Source: a virus
Lineage: Duplodnaviria > Caudoviricetes
Virus record (IMG/VR): IMGVR_UViG_3300028797_000101
Location: 95,305-159,304 of that record
Length of the DNA stretch: 64,000 bases
Direction: 5' to 3' (one strand)
The notes beneath the pieces were generated by a model that saw only the letters and a list, made by a program, of their open reading frames with translations, was not told the DNA's origin and ran no database searches. A program made the position numbers and the translations under genes. Below are positions 26,576 through 36,957 of the stretch, in pieces. Position 1 is the first letter of the stretch, and every line of letters begins with the position of its first letter.

Positions 26576-27520
26576 ATGGCAGCATTAGTTGAGAACATGT
26601 TTTATGTAGGTAGAGAAGTTCCTTGGCACGGATTAGGAGTTCAGCTTAACAATCCACCCACCAGTAAGGAAGCGATCGTAGCAGCTGGTCTTGATTGGGA
26701 AGTTATCCCGAAGCCTATCTTCAATGAGAAGGGTGTTCAGATTCCTAACTACGTAGCTAACGTCAGATCGTCTGATGATTCCGTTCTCGGTATCGTGACC
26801 AACAGATACACGATCGTCCAGAACGCAGAAGCATTTGATTTCACCGACAGCTTGGTGAACGTAGAAGGTGGTATGAAGTTTGAGACGGCCGGCAGCTTGA
26901 GAGACGGCAAGCAGATCTGGCTTCTGGGCAAGATGCCTAAGACAAAGATTCTTGGTGATGACGTAGAGCCTTACATCTGTTTCACCAATACGCATGACGG
27001 CACCGGAGCTGTTAGAGTCTGCATGACTCCTATCAGAGTTGTTTGCAACAACACTCTTAACTTAGCTCTTGACACCGCTAAGAGATCTTGGTCAACTCGT
27101 CATATCGGCGACATCAACGGAAAGGTTCAGGAAGCTCAGGCCACTCTCGGACTTGTAGACGCTTATATGTCTTCGCTCAAGACGGAGTGCGAGAAGCTCG
27201 CAGATGCAAAAGTATCTGATGCAGAAGTGGAGGCCCTTTTCGACATGCTTTATCCGGTGAATGAAATGACTTCTGACATCACCAGAAAGCGCATCGAGGT
27301 AACCAAGGAAGCCTTCTTCAAGTGCTTGCAGGCGGAGGACATGAAGAAGTTCAAGGGCACCGGTTACGGAGCAATCATGGCCATCACGGATCATGCAGAT
27401 CATAGTGCTCCTATGAGAAAGACTCAGAACTTCGAGCAGAACAGATGGGGATCTATCATCGTCGGCCATCCTTTCGTAGACGCGATGTACAAAGGCATCA
27501 AGAAGATCATCGCAGCATAA
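26576..27520 (+). CDS. DUF932 family phage/plasmid protein
   Basis: VENMFYVGREVPWHGLG, AGLDWEV, Y.IVQN.EAF, ETAGSL, NTHDG, RVVCNNT. Confidence 0.9.
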   Translation: MAALVENMFYVGREVPWHGLGVQLNNPPTSKEAIVAAGLDWEVIPKPIFNEKGVQIPNYVANVRSSDDSVLGIVTNRYTIVQNAEAFDFTDSLVNVEGGMKFETAGSLRDGKQIWLLGKMPKTKILGDDVEPYICFTNTHDGTGAVRVCMTPIRVVCNNTLNLALDTAKRSWSTRHIGDINGKVQEAQATLGLVDAYMSSLKTECEKLADAKVSDAEVEALFDMLYPVNEMTSDITRKRIEVTKEAFFKCLQAEDMKKFKGTGYGAIMAITDHADHSAPMRKTQNFEQNRWGSIIVGHPFVDAMYKGIKKIIAA

Positions 27521-27536
27521 TCTTTCGTATCTTCAG

Positions 27537-27560
27537 GAGGGCGTAGAAATACGCCCTCTT
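27537..27560 (+). terminator. terminator-like hairpin
   Basis: GAGGGCGTA-GAAA-TACGCCCTC-TT. Confidence 0.7.
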
Positions 27561-27607
27561 ATGCGTTATCGAATTCTATCAAAAATATTAAACAGAGGTG
27601 ACTAGCT

Positions 27608-28597
27608 GTGGATGTTGAAAAAGTAATTGATAAGCTCTCGGAGTTACAGCTTATTCGTCCAAGTAGAAGAATTGGAAACTACATGCAGATCTATTGTCCG
27701 TTTCATAACAATGGCGAAGAGAAGAAACCTTCGTGTGGAATACTGCTTCATGAAGAGTTCAGAAATGGTCAAAGATATCCTGCCGGGTGGTTACATTGTT
27801 TTACTTGTGGTGCAGCAAAAACACTTCCGGAAGCTATCACCGACATACTGAAGCTACGATCCATAACAAGGTCTGGAGAAGATTGGCTGAAAGAGAACAT
27901 AGAGGGCTATGAATCAGACACAGAATTTGATAGTTTGATACCGTCTAGTTTATCAGAAGCTATACTCAGTAAGTTCGCGGTAAATCAGCTACAGACACTC
28001 ACCAATCCGGTGACGTATGTTTCAGAAGAAGAACTTGCGTCTTATAGATTTACGGTTCCATACATGTATCAGAGAAAGCTAACTGACCCAATCATAGAAG
28101 AATATGACATCGGAGTAGACATGAAATGGACTCCTCCAGGAAGAACAAAAGTCACTCCATGTATAACATTCCCTGTAAGAGATAAGGCCGGTAGAACCTT
28201 ATTTATTTGTAGAAGATCAATAGAAGGTAAGCTATACAATTATCCTGAAGGCGTGTCTAAACCTGTGTATGGGCTAGACAGAGTTCCGCCAAATTGCAAG
28301 TCTGTTATCATATGCGAAAGCTGCATCAATGCTCTAACTGCAAGGGTTTATGGTTACAATGCTGTAGCTCTTTTGGGCACAGGAAATCAGTTGCAAGTAC
28401 AGCAGTTAAGGGAGTTAGGTGTTCGAGAATTTGTTCTTTGCATGGATGGAGACGAAGCAGGAAGAAAAGCTACAAATAAGCTATACAGGGCTCTGTCCTC
28501 TTGCAGTATTGTTTGGAGAATTCATATGCCTGATGGGAAAGATCTCAATGATTGTACAAAAGAAGAATTTGACAAACTATATTCTATGAAAGAATAG
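27608..28597 (+). CDS. dnaG: DNA primase (CHC2 zinc finger + TOPRIM)
   Basis: CPFH...HCFTC; ICESCINAL; MDGDEAG; KDLND. Confidence 0.9.
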   Translation: MDVEKVIDKLSELQLIRPSRRIGNYMQIYCPFHNNGEEKKPSCGILLHEEFRNGQRYPAGWLHCFTCGAAKTLPEAITDILKLRSITRSGEDWLKENIEGYESDTEFDSLIPSSLSEAILSKFAVNQLQTLTNPVTYVSEEELASYRFTVPYMYQRKLTDPIIEEYDIGVDMKWTPPGRTKVTPCITFPVRDKAGRTLFICRRSIEGKLYNYPEGVSKPVYGLDRVPPNCKSVIICESCINALTARVYGYNAVALLGTGNQLQVQQLRELGVREFVLCMDGDEAGRKATNKLYRALSSCSIVWRIHMPDGKDLNDCTKEEFDKLYSMKE

Positions 28598-28619
28598 CTT
28601 TCATTGCCTGGAGGATATT

Positions 28620-29612
28620 ATGGGTGAAATAAAATTAACAGATACAGAGAATTATGAAAACATTGCTCAAGCTATTCGAGAACAATCTGAAACTGAAGAT
28701 ACTTATTTGCCTAGTGAGATGCCAGCTGCCATTCGATCGGTAGGTAACGGCAAAATGGATAAAGTAAATCCTACAGGTACCGGATCTTTTAGTTTGAATA
28801 GAAAAGCTTCAACAACAATAGGTCAGAATTCATTTGCTGAAGGAGAAAATACTACAGCTTCCGGATATGCGTCTCATGCAGAAGGTTTTAACACGACGGC
28901 GAATCAACCATACTCACATGTTTCTGGAAAGAACAACAAAACCTTAGATGCAGATGTTATCTTTGTAGTGGGTAATGGTGAGCTCTGCATAAGTTCGAGC
29001 GATCTAGAAACAGAAAATCTCATACCTTCTGATGCTTTCGCTGTTAACAAAGAAGGATATGTAAGTGCAATGCAGTCGTTTTCAACTTCTTGTACCACTG
29101 GATATTGTGAATATTTTAAGTGGAAATCTACTCCGGTATCTGATCCTGTAGGTTTATTTGTAACACTAGACGGAGATGAGCTTGTAGTTGCAGACAATAC
29201 ATCGGATTATGTATTGGGTGTAGTTAGCGCGGCTCCTGCATTTGTAGCTAACGGTGATTGTGAAATAAGTGGTGAAAGATTTGTAAGGAATGATTTCAAT
29301 GTTCTTAGCACTGTTCAAGGACACGGACAGTGGGATACATATCGAGTGTACGACGCCACTTATGATCCTACCGTATATATTAAGAAACGATTTGATCCTG
29401 ATTGGAGTGCTATTTGTTTACAAGGCAGAGTACGGGTGAAACAAGATGGCACTCTTGTAGTAAACGGTTATGCAGATGTAGATAGTTCAGGGGAAGCAAC
29501 TAGTGCATCATATGGATATCGTGTAACTAAGATTATTTCGTCTTCTGTTGCTGAGATAATTCTTCTTGACAGAGGACCTTCTTGGGGAGTTGTTCCTGAA
29601 ATAGTGCCTTAA
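28620..29612 (+). CDS. tail-fibre-like protein with Peptidase G2 intramolecular chaperone domain
   Basis: SFAEG/SHAEG adhesin-like repeats; YCEYFKW...GLFVTLDG...VLGVVS...GRVRVKQDGT...GYRV. Confidence 0.7.
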   Translation: MGEIKLTDTENYENIAQAIREQSETEDTYLPSEMPAAIRSVGNGKMDKVNPTGTGSFSLNRKASTTIGQNSFAEGENTTASGYASHAEGFNTTANQPYSHVSGKNNKTLDADVIFVVGNGELCISSSDLETENLIPSDAFAVNKEGYVSAMQSFSTSCTTGYCEYFKWKSTPVSDPVGLFVTLDGDELVVADNTSDYVLGVVSAAPAFVANGDCEISGERFVRNDFNVLSTVQGHGQWDTYRVYDATYDPTVYIKKRFDPDWSAICLQGRVRVKQDGTLVVNGYADVDSSGEATSASYGYRVTKIISSSVAEIILLDRGPSWGVVPEIVP

Positions 29613-29662
29613 ATTTCAGCAAAAAAAAATTCTGGAAATTCTAATAAAATTGGAAAAAGTTA

Positions 29663-29691
29663 TTGACTTTTTTGCCAGTTCCGTCTATAAT
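29663..29691 (+). promoter_or_regulatory. sigma-A-type promoter
   Basis: TTGACT-17-TATAAT; context nearly identical to the promoter at 26469. Confidence 0.8.
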
Positions 29692-29781
29692 AATACTTGT
29701 AGGGACATATAATTTCTAACTTCATATAGTATATCAAAAGCCGAACATCTCAAAGGATATCAAAATCGGAGGGCAAATAAT

Positions 29782-30420
29782 ATGATGAATCTTAGTAATG
29801 AATTTTTCGTAACGCGCAACATGCTCAGAGACGCTGTCTCTGCTGAGAAGTCGCTGTCTTATGAATCTTGGTTAGCTATCGCTGACGAGTATAAGGCAGC
29901 GGCTTTGTATTTGATCTTTTTTGATCAGATCTTACTTGCTTGGTATCGTCTTAGAACTCCCGCCGCAATCGAAGAGGAATGTGTTTCCGAAGTTCTCTTG
30001 TATCTCAACAAGAACGTTGATAAGATCAAAGAGGACAAGAAACGATTCTCTCCTGCATACATCTATAGAGTATGCTATAATTGCATCTATTGCAAATCTG
30101 TAGATCCTTATTCCGGTCAAACTTCAAAAACCTCCTGGTTCAATAACACTTGCAGCAACATCGTTCATGTTGGAGAAGATGTTTTAGATCTTTTCGATAC
30201 TATTGTTGTTGAAACTGACATAATTGAAGAGCGCGTCAAAGCTGCAAACAGAGAACTCTTCTGGAGGCTCATTGAAGATTCTGACAAAGATACTGCTACC
30301 GTTATCAATGAGATCTTAGAGAACAAGAAGCCCTCTAAGAGATTATCTCCTGATAAGCGTGCAGCTATCATGGAAGGCCTCAGGAGAAAGTTCGCTAGCT
30401 TTGAAAGCGCATCATTCTAA
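29782..30420 (+). CDS. sigma-factor-like protein
   Basis: EECVSEVLLYL...KRFSPAYIYRVCYNCI resembles region 2; helical C-terminus. Confidence 0.45.
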   Translation: MMNLSNEFFVTRNMLRDAVSAEKSLSYESWLAIADEYKAAALYLIFFDQILLAWYRLRTPAAIEEECVSEVLLYLNKNVDKIKEDKKRFSPAYIYRVCYNCIYCKSVDPYSGQTSKTSWFNNTCSNIVHVGEDVLDLFDTIVVETDIIEERVKAANRELFWRLIEDSDKDTATVINEILENKKPSKRLSPDKRAAIMEGLRRKFASFESASF

Positions 30421-30442
30421 TATAGAAAGCGAGGGAAGAATA

Positions 30443-30835
30443 ATGAAGACTGAGAATATCAAAGTAAGTGGCCACAGAGGAACCTGGTACGTGATCGACA
30501 CGAAGACTTATTTCGGCAGCATGCTTTATCTGCTAGAGCATGAAACATACGGTGATGAAACTAGCGGAGTCATCATTGATGCCGGAAACAATTTGATCCT
30601 GGACGATGTCTGGAACGGATTTTTAGACTATGAGGAGTCTCCTATCTACGAAGTAAGCAAAGTTCTAGATATGGTCATTACGCAGGACGAATACGAACAG
30701 GTGTGCGAGGATTGGCAGGCATTTTCACAAGATCCTTCTTCCTACACTGTAGTAGTTGCATCCATGGTCAAGTATGATATTGAAGAAGGGAGGGCGGAAA
30801 ATGCTAAACAGTGTTCAAGTAACACAGAGAATTGA
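30443..30835 (+). CDS. hypothetical protein
   Basis: Preceded by the array junction motif; GHRGTWYVID...LLEHETYGDE. Confidence 0.65.
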   Translation: MKTENIKVSGHRGTWYVIDTKTYFGSMLYLLEHETYGDETSGVIIDAGNNLILDDVWNGFLDYEESPIYEVSKVLDMVITQDEYEQVCEDWQAFSQDPSSYTVVVASMVKYDIEEGRAENAKQCSSNTEN

Positions 30836-31241
30836 ATTTAGCTGCTGCTATATTGAGAGTATGCGGTTCAATATTCATCGCTATCGCATGGAAGCTACTG
30901 TAGTTTCCAAGAATCCGGAGAATGGTATTGTCATCGCTTTTGAAACACTTAAGCAGCTTATGAAGTCTGTTGTACCTGAGGACAATTCGTTCTTATTCAG
31001 TAGAATAAAGACGGGCGAACAGGCAGCTCTTAAGAATTCGCTAGAGATGAATAAGATTGCTGTAGCAGTACTGCCAATCGAGATTTTAACTGCAGAAACG
31101 CTATGTAGTTATCTTGCAGGTCGATTGCAAAATGCACTTGATGCGTCTAAACAAGATGCATCTGTCATCAACTTGAAACTCAGAGAAACTAATGATTCTT
31201 ATGCAAGCTGGACTCGTCCAGAAACAGATGAATCGTTATGA
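30801..31241 (+). CDS. QueD/PTPS-like T-fold protein, degenerate
   Basis: HRY.MEATV, GIVIAF..LK, TAETL, LKLRET..SYA; the usual His ligands are not all present. Confidence 0.6.
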   Translation: MLNSVQVTQRIEFSCCYIESMRFNIHRYRMEATVVSKNPENGIVIAFETLKQLMKSVVPEDNSFLFSRIKTGEQAALKNSLEMNKIAVAVLPIEILTAETLCSYLAGRLQNALDASKQDASVINLKLRETNDSYASWTRPETDESL

Positions 31242-31293
31242 TATGTGTAGAACATTCATGTTCTATAAATAAACAGAAAAGGAGAATAAAACA

Positions 31294-32028
31294 ATGGCTT
31301 TTAAGACACTCACTGACTACAATCAAGAGAGATATGGCGGATTGTTTCGCCTGGTCAACAACAACGACTTTGCAGATGTGATTTTCCTCTACAGGAAGAT
31401 TGAAGATGTTCTCATTGCTGACACGCATTACATCAAGTCTGCTGATTACTCCGGATACGTTCACTGCTGCGGAAGAGGCTGTCCTGCATGTGGGAAGGGC
31501 CTCAAGGTTCAGAACAAGTTGTTCATTCCGCTGTATAACATCCAGGCAGGGGAGATCCAGTTCTTCGACAGAAACACGAGGTTCGAGAATCAGCTTGTAA
31601 CAGATGTATTCCAGAAGTTTCCGAATCCTAGCGATTATGTTTTCCGGATCACTCGTAAGGGCGAGGCGAACGATATCAACACCACTTACACCATCCAGGC
31701 GGTAGGTAACAACACTGTTATGAGCTATGATGCGATCTGCCAGAAGTTCAACGCTTCCTTCCCTGCATACTACTCCAACATCTGCCGTGAAGTTTCTCCT
31801 GCAGAGCTCAGCAGCATGCTCAATGCTAGCAATGAATCCTCTTCCGAGAACTTTACCATGCCGGATTATCAGGTGACTCCTAGAGTATCCTCTAGCGCAG
31901 TACCTCCTGTAGTTACTCCTATTGAAGCTCTTGCGTTTGTAGATGTTCCTAACATGGAGCCTTCTGAGATCGATGTTCCTACTGCCGAATCTATTCCTAC
32001 TTTGGACTCTGACGAAGTAAGTTTCTAA
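31294..32028 (+). CDS. single-stranded DNA-binding protein, T4 gp32-like
   Basis: H...C...CPAC zinc motif, FRITRKG...TTYTI, acidic tail ending in F. Confidence 0.75.
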   Translation: MAFKTLTDYNQERYGGLFRLVNNNDFADVIFLYRKIEDVLIADTHYIKSADYSGYVHCCGRGCPACGKGLKVQNKLFIPLYNIQAGEIQFFDRNTRFENQLVTDVFQKFPNPSDYVFRITRKGEANDINTTYTIQAVGNNTVMSYDAICQKFNASFPAYYSNICREVSPAELSSMLNASNESSSENFTMPDYQVTPRVSSSAVPPVVTPIEALAFVDVPNMEPSEIDVPTAESIPTLDSDEVSF

Positions 32029-32046
32029 CAAAGGAGCAAAAATTCA

Positions 32047-34614
32047 ATGGGCTTATTTACGCTATCTCAGATTGATACTATCAATCAGGTAGCTGCTAAG
32101 AGCAAAGAAGTGCTTGAGCCTCCAAAGTCTACTAAGACAAAAAGTATAAATGATGAGTTAACATCTATATCTCAGAAAGTCATAGATTACTTCAAAGATT
32201 CGCCGGCAAAACTCATAACCACGGTAGATGAGCTCCATGATTATATCACTAAAGCTATTGAATCCGGATACGCCGGTATTGATACCGAGACGACAGGACT
32301 TGACAGGATAAAGGATACAATCGTTGGAGCTTCGCTATATTATCCTGGTGGAGTCGAAGTCTACATCCCGATGAAGCATCTTGTCCCAATATTTGATACT
32401 CCTTATAAGAATCAGCTTACTTATGAGGAGGTGGGTCGAGAGTTTCAAAGACTTGCCGACAGCAACATCAAGCTCATATTTGCAAATGCCGATTTCGACT
32501 TGGCGATGATACACAAAGATCTCAAAGTAGATTTATGCGGTGTTTGCTTCTATGATGTTATACTCGCTTGGAGATGCCTCAAGGAGAATGAGCCAGACAA
32601 CAAACTGAAAATTCTTTACAACAAATATGTGCTGAAAGGGAAGGGTCATGCGATGAAGTTCCAAGATTTCTTTCCCGTTGATCTGTTTCCTTACTGCAAA
32701 CCCGAAGTTGCAAAGTTTTATGCAGCGAACGATGCTAGGATCACATATGAATTGTTTGTGTGGCAGCTACCTTACCTTACAAAAACTCACCCGAAGTGTA
32801 AGAACGCACATCTTGAAAGAATTGCTGATCTCTACTGGAATGTAGAAGTTCCATTGATCAGGGTGTGCCAAACAATGCATCGTACCGGAACCTACATAGA
32901 CAAAACTATATCACGTGTTCTTGATGTACGATATGATAGCAAGTACAAAGCTGAGTCGAAAGCACTTGCGGAAATGATCGACAAAGTTATTGCCGATTCA
33001 GCATATTTACAACCTTCGTCCGGGAAGCGTCCATTTGTTTCCGGATCAGACTTTAATCCTAAATCACCTGTTCATGTAAAGTACCTTGTTTACACATTGC
33101 TTCAGGTACCAAAGGGCAAGAACGGTGAAAGTACCGACAAAGATGTTCTCCGTGAGTTAAACATACCGGTAATCAATCAAGTACTTTCCGTAAGAAGTTT
33201 AAGTACACTTATCGGGACATTTGTTCAAAAGATGCCTAAAGCTACAACCGAAGACAGTAGAATTCATGCACAATTCAAACAAATTGGCGCCGACACCGGC
33301 AGGCTATCATGCGCTGAACCAAATCTGATGAACCTTCCATCTCATGCAACAGATATCAGGCACATGTTTAGGGCAACACCTGGATATGTAATCCTTTCTT
33401 CGGACTACAGTAGACAGGAGCCTGCGTTAACTGCTTACATCAGTCATGACAAGAACATGCTTGAGTCTTTCCAAACCGGTAGAGACATTTACGCAAGTAT
33501 CGCGAGTCTAGCGTTCAATAAGCCTTATGAGGAATGTCTTGAATTCCATCCGGTTACGCATGAAGCACAACCTGAGGGAAAAGCTCGAAGAGGGGAAGCC
33601 AAGACAATACTTTTGGGCATAACGTACGGACGAGCTATTCCATCTATTGCCGATCAGCTCTACGGCAAGAGAAAAGACATGAGTGACGAAGAGAAGATTA
33701 AAGCTGCTCAAAAGGTATATGATTCAGTTCTGAACGCATTTCCTGGAATTCGTACGCTCATGATAGCTTCTCAGAAGTACGCTACTGAGCATGGATATGT
33801 GGAAACAATATTAGGTAGGCGCAGACATATTCCCGAGATGCAGCTTCCAGAATTTGAATTTACTGCACTCAAAGGCTACGTCAATCCTGATATAGATCCT
33901 CTTGACGTCAACACGTTACAGAACAAATCTGATATCCCTGAACGAATCAAAGAAGCACTACTAAAGGAGTTCAAGGGGTACAAGTACTTCGGGCAGATCG
34001 CTAGAAGAACAAAAGAGCTGTACGATCAAGGAATACAGGTAATCAACAATAGATCCAAGATTGGTGATGGTTCTAGAAAGGTACTGAATAGTATTATACA
34101 GGGCAGCGCGGCCGATATGACAAAGCTCGCAATGCTGAAGCTTACAAGTTGCGAAGAGTGGAATCAGATAGGTGGTAGAATTCTCATAAGCGTCCATGAT
34201 GAGTTGATATGCGAAGTTCCTATGGAGCACTGGAAACGTGGTGGAGAACTTTTATCGCAGATGATGGTAGAAGCTGGTAGCTTTCTTCCGTTCAGTGTAA
34301 AATGTGACGTAACTACAACTCTCAGATGGTATGGAGAAGAATATCCTATCGCCTTCACTAAACCTCAATCGTTTGATACAGTAGAACCTGATGAAGTGAA
34401 ATGGATTCAGTGCTGTTTACGAGAGATGGAGTATTTACTTCCTGTATATCCAGGACCCGATGGTAAAGATCCCATCGGTGATGCAGCTCATGGAATAAAC
34501 GGAGTTGTTTCTGATGAGTATGATGCAGCTATCCAGGATTACATAAGAACTCGAGGAATAACTTCTGAACAATTCATCGAAACTATTGAGAAGGAAGTAC
34601 TGTATCGTCAATAA
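32047..34614 (+). CDS. polA: family A DNA polymerase with 3'-5' exonuclease
   Basis: DTETTGL, YAANDA, TGRLS, DYSRQEP, R..AKT...GITYG, IQGSAAD, VHDEL. Confidence 0.95.
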   Translation: MGLFTLSQIDTINQVAAKSKEVLEPPKSTKTKSINDELTSISQKVIDYFKDSPAKLITTVDELHDYITKAIESGYAGIDTETTGLDRIKDTIVGASLYYPGGVEVYIPMKHLVPIFDTPYKNQLTYEEVGREFQRLADSNIKLIFANADFDLAMIHKDLKVDLCGVCFYDVILAWRCLKENEPDNKLKILYNKYVLKGKGHAMKFQDFFPVDLFPYCKPEVAKFYAANDARITYELFVWQLPYLTKTHPKCKNAHLERIADLYWNVEVPLIRVCQTMHRTGTYIDKTISRVLDVRYDSKYKAESKALAEMIDKVIADSAYLQPSSGKRPFVSGSDFNPKSPVHVKYLVYTLLQVPKGKNGESTDKDVLRELNIPVINQVLSVRSLSTLIGTFVQKMPKATTEDSRIHAQFKQIGADTGRLSCAEPNLMNLPSHATDIRHMFRATPGYVILSSDYSRQEPALTAYISHDKNMLESFQTGRDIYASIASLAFNKPYEECLEFHPVTHEAQPEGKARRGEAKTILLGITYGRAIPSIADQLYGKRKDMSDEEKIKAAQKVYDSVLNAFPGIRTLMIASQKYATEHGYVETILGRRRHIPEMQLPEFEFTALKGYVNPDIDPLDVNTLQNKSDIPERIKEALLKEFKGYKYFGQIARRTKELYDQGIQVINNRSKIGDGSRKVLNSIIQGSAADMTKLAMLKLTSCEEWNQIGGRILISVHDELICEVPMEHWKRGGELLSQMMVEAGSFLPFSVKCDVTTTLRWYGEEYPIAFTKPQSFDTVEPDEVKWIQCCLREMEYLLPVYPGPDGKDPIGDAAHGINGVVSDEYDAAIQDYIRTRGITSEQFIETIEKEVLYRQ

Positions 34615-34641
34615 CTATAACACAAACAAAGGAGAATTGTT

Positions 34642-35739
34642 ATGAGATTTACAACTAACACAAAGCCGTTTTCTGATGCTTTGTCATTAGGAATCATCAA
34701 CGCCAATGTCTCTAATTATCACAAGAAGAGTAACATTGCACAGATTTCTGCAACAACTGACACGCTTAAGATCAATCTTGAGGCGTCTAACATCAAGACC
34801 GAGATTCGCTTGAAGGGTTCTGGGGAAGGTGAAAGGGCTTCCATTTTCGTAAGTAGCTTGCTGATCAAGCAGTTGGTAGCTACATTGGAGTCAGCTACGG
34901 TAACACTTGAATTTGCTGAGAACGGTCTTATTCTTCATTCCGGAACATCCTCTTTCACACTTCCTAAAGTGATTGAGGCTAACGAGCTGGATCTGGATGC
35001 ACCTGCTGTTCCTAGTCAGACAGCTGAAACCATTACAATCGACAAATCTGATTGGAAGTTCATCAAAGAAAATCAGATGTATGCAATCGCTATGTCATTT
35101 GTCCATCCTGTATACACTCGTGTCTGGATCGGAGCTGAAGGCGATGTACTTGTAGGCGACTTTGATAGCAGCCTGTTTACACATTCCAAACATAGTAAGC
35201 TCGGCTCGCAGTGTTTACTTTCTGACACCATTATCAATCTTTTCATTTCACTTCCGGATGGCGCAAAGCTCACGAAGCTCGGTCGAGAGTATCTTGTTAC
35301 GTGTTCCGCAGATAGCTTCGAATATGTCACCCAGTTCAAGCCGCTCTACGAAGCAGATGAGGGAGTTGGTGATTACAATTCTAGCATCTTCCTTACATTG
35401 CTGAGAGAGCCTGCGTCAACAATCACTGTTTCTGCAACAAACTTGTCCAAATTCTTGGGTCAAGCAGATCTGCTATCTTCCACAACTGAAGATACAATCC
35501 AGATGATCAAGTCTGGCAACACGCTAGAGCTTAAGGACAAGCATGTTGACTGTAAGGTCACGGTAACCGGAACTACTCAAGACTTCTCGTTAGAATTCTG
35601 GACCGCTAGCTTGAAGAAGGTCATTTCTAACTACGGAGATGAGTCCATTCGTATCGCACCACTTGTTTCTGAAGGCGAGGTAACCGGTATCGGTATTTGG
35701 ACTTCTGAACTCGCTACTTGTATTGCAGCAAAAGAGTAA
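34642..35739 (+). CDS. beta sliding clamp-like protein
   Basis: 365 aa beta-rich, three-domain pattern; lies between polymerase and clamp-loader genes. Confidence 0.6.
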   Translation: MRFTTNTKPFSDALSLGIINANVSNYHKKSNIAQISATTDTLKINLEASNIKTEIRLKGSGEGERASIFVSSLLIKQLVATLESATVTLEFAENGLILHSGTSSFTLPKVIEANELDLDAPAVPSQTAETITIDKSDWKFIKENQMYAIAMSFVHPVYTRVWIGAEGDVLVGDFDSSLFTHSKHSKLGSQCLLSDTIINLFISLPDGAKLTKLGREYLVTCSADSFEYVTQFKPLYEADEGVGDYNSSIFLTLLREPASTITVSATNLSKFLGQADLLSSTTEDTIQMIKSGNTLELKDKHVDCKVTVTGTTQDFSLEFWTASLKKVISNYGDESIRIAPLVSEGEVTGIGIWTSELATCIAAKE

Positions 35740-35756
35740 TGTTATAGGAGGCCCAC

Positions 35757-36539
35757 ATGGCGTTTAGAAGCATGAATATAGCACATATCGCCAAGTTCAA
35801 TTCTGCTACCAGCAGTGAATTCTTGTCAGCTTATGAAACTTTCGTGAATGATAAGATCTCTGCTGGTGCAGGAACACCTCATAAGACATTTGCCCCTTCA
35901 TCGTTTAGATGTAATAGAAGATCCTGGTTTCGTCTTAGAGGTACTGTTCCGGACACTATCAAGAATCCTGATCCGACTTTGCAATTTACAGCAGACATTG
36001 GAACCGCGTGTCATCGCATCATTCAGTCAAATCTTAAAGAACTTCTTAAAGATGATTGGATAGATGTAAAGGACTACATGAGCACTATCAAGTGTCCATA
36101 TGATTATGTTCTGACACAATCTGAAGATTCATTGGAAACTCAAATTGAATTCCAGGATCCTCCAATCAGATTTGCATGTGACGGAATCATTCGATGGAAC
36201 GGAAGATATGTCATGCTTGAGATAAAAACATCGGAATTCAGCTCTTGGAATGATCTATGCGATCCAAAGGAAGAGCACATAGATCAGATAAAGTGTTATG
36301 CTTCGCTGCTTCAGTTAGATACCGTTTTAGTCTTGTATCAAGAGAGACAATACGGAGGTCTGAAGTGCTATGAGATGCATATCAAGGAGCCGGAGCGAGA
36401 TGAAGTAATCAATAGAATGCGATATGTGCAAGACATGGTCAAGAAAAATTTAGCTCCGGAAGGTTTACCTGTAGGCGATAAATGGTGTTCGGAGAATTAC
36501 TGTCCGTACTACAAGAAGTGCCAGGAGTACGGTAGATAA
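35757..36539 (+). CDS. Cas4-like PD-(D/E)XK exonuclease
   Basis: PSS..C.R; GTACH; DG..EIKT; Q..CY; C....C.Y...C. Confidence 0.85.
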   Translation: MAFRSMNIAHIAKFNSATSSEFLSAYETFVNDKISAGAGTPHKTFAPSSFRCNRRSWFRLRGTVPDTIKNPDPTLQFTADIGTACHRIIQSNLKELLKDDWIDVKDYMSTIKCPYDYVLTQSEDSLETQIEFQDPPIRFACDGIIRWNGRYVMLEIKTSEFSSWNDLCDPKEEHIDQIKCYASLLQLDTVLVLYQERQYGGLKCYEMHIKEPERDEVINRMRYVQDMVKKNLAPEGLPVGDKWCSENYCPYYKKCQEYGR

Positions 36540-36553
36540 TAAGGAGATGTAAA

Positions 36554-36952
36554 ATGCTCAAAAGACATAAGAAAGACAGATATGTTACTTCTGCAGATGA
36601 TAGCAAAATGATTGCCCTTTTCTGGTATGCAGAAGACCGTTTTGTAGGGTTAGAAGATTCTATCACAGGACCTTCTTCTATTCAGCTTGGTAACTACTGC
36701 AGAATCAATTGCACACATGATACAATTTGGAGTACCTATAAGAACCAAACTGCACACCCGGAAAAATCTTGGAGTTACTATCCAAGGGGTGAGGTGTCTT
36801 ACAATTCCATGCTCAAGCAATTCATTGTCAGAGCAGATCGTTCTATTTCAGAAGATTTTGAAATTCAAAAGAAAGTGCTATTCACGTATGGATTGCCTGA
36901 TAACACTCGATTTGAAACAGACTGGTCATATTCACCTGATAAGGAGGCCTAA
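36554..36952 (+). CDS. hypothetical protein
   Basis: AAGGAG RBS; H...W...YYPRG.V.Y. Confidence 0.7.
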   Translation: MLKRHKKDRYVTSADDSKMIALFWYAEDRFVGLEDSITGPSSIQLGNYCRINCTHDTIWSTYKNQTAHPEKSWSYYPRGEVSYNSMLKQFIVRADRSISEDFEIQKKVLFTYGLPDNTRFETDWSYSPDKEA

Positions 36953-36957
36953 TATCA

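Noticed and set aside
31189-32031. 280-aa antisense ORF and other minus-strand ORFs over + strand genes
   Set aside because: Shadow ORFs of codon-biased real genes, with no RBS or recognisable motifs.
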